Below are positions 63,799 to 64,000 of a stretch of DNA of 64,000 bases, in pieces. Below the pieces are notes generated by a model that did no database searches, had not been told where the DNA came from, and saw only the letters and a list, made by a program, of their open reading frames with translations. The position numbers were made by a program, and so were the translations under genes. This DNA comes from Eledone cirrhosa (taxonomy: Eukaryota), in assembly GCA_964016885.1 (NCBI GenBank), contig OZ024757.1, forward strand, positions 22,444,001 through 22,508,000, read 5' to 3'. Position 1 is the first letter of the stretch, and each line of letters starts with the position of its first letter.

Positions 63799-64000
63799 GA
63801 AGGCACATGGCTTAGTGGTTAGAGCATTGGCCTTGCAATCGAAAGGTTGTGAGTTCAATACTCAGACCGGGTGATGTGTTGTTTCCTTGAGCAAGACACT
63901 TTATTTCACATTGTTCCAGTTTACTCAGCTGTAGAAATGAGATGATAGGGACTGGGGTCCCTATCATTCCACTGCAAAGTGATCGTGGAGGTGCCATGGC
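63799..64000 (+). mobile_element. SINE family A, runs off the window end
   Basis: Head and body match 49921-50120. Confidence 0.92.

Overview
AT-rich eukaryotic DNA that is almost entirely repeats. The SINE families, RTE-clade LINE remnants and very high (TA)n/(CA)n/(GA)n density resemble an octopus or other coleoid cephalopod intron or intergenic region (organism call is inference). No intact protein-coding gene is supported, and nearly all long ORFs in the track are microsatellite translations. Recognisable content: three SINE families, 5'-truncated RTE LINEs whose 3' tails are shared with a SINE, Tx1/L1-like fragments, piggyBac-like and mariner-like MITEs, and several minisatellites. The main hidden signal is a set of 19 type-I hammerhead ribozyme motifs found by eye. 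Twelve have an intact CUGANGA/GAAA/NUH core and seven have mutated cores. They lie in short, mostly (TA)n-flanked Penelope-like inserts from many divergent families, several of which are long palindromes with one ribozyme per arm. Several of these families share a second, covarying bulged hairpin (ACTC-stem-loop-stem-TY-GAGT-RCT) downstream of the ribozyme, which I do not recognise as described.
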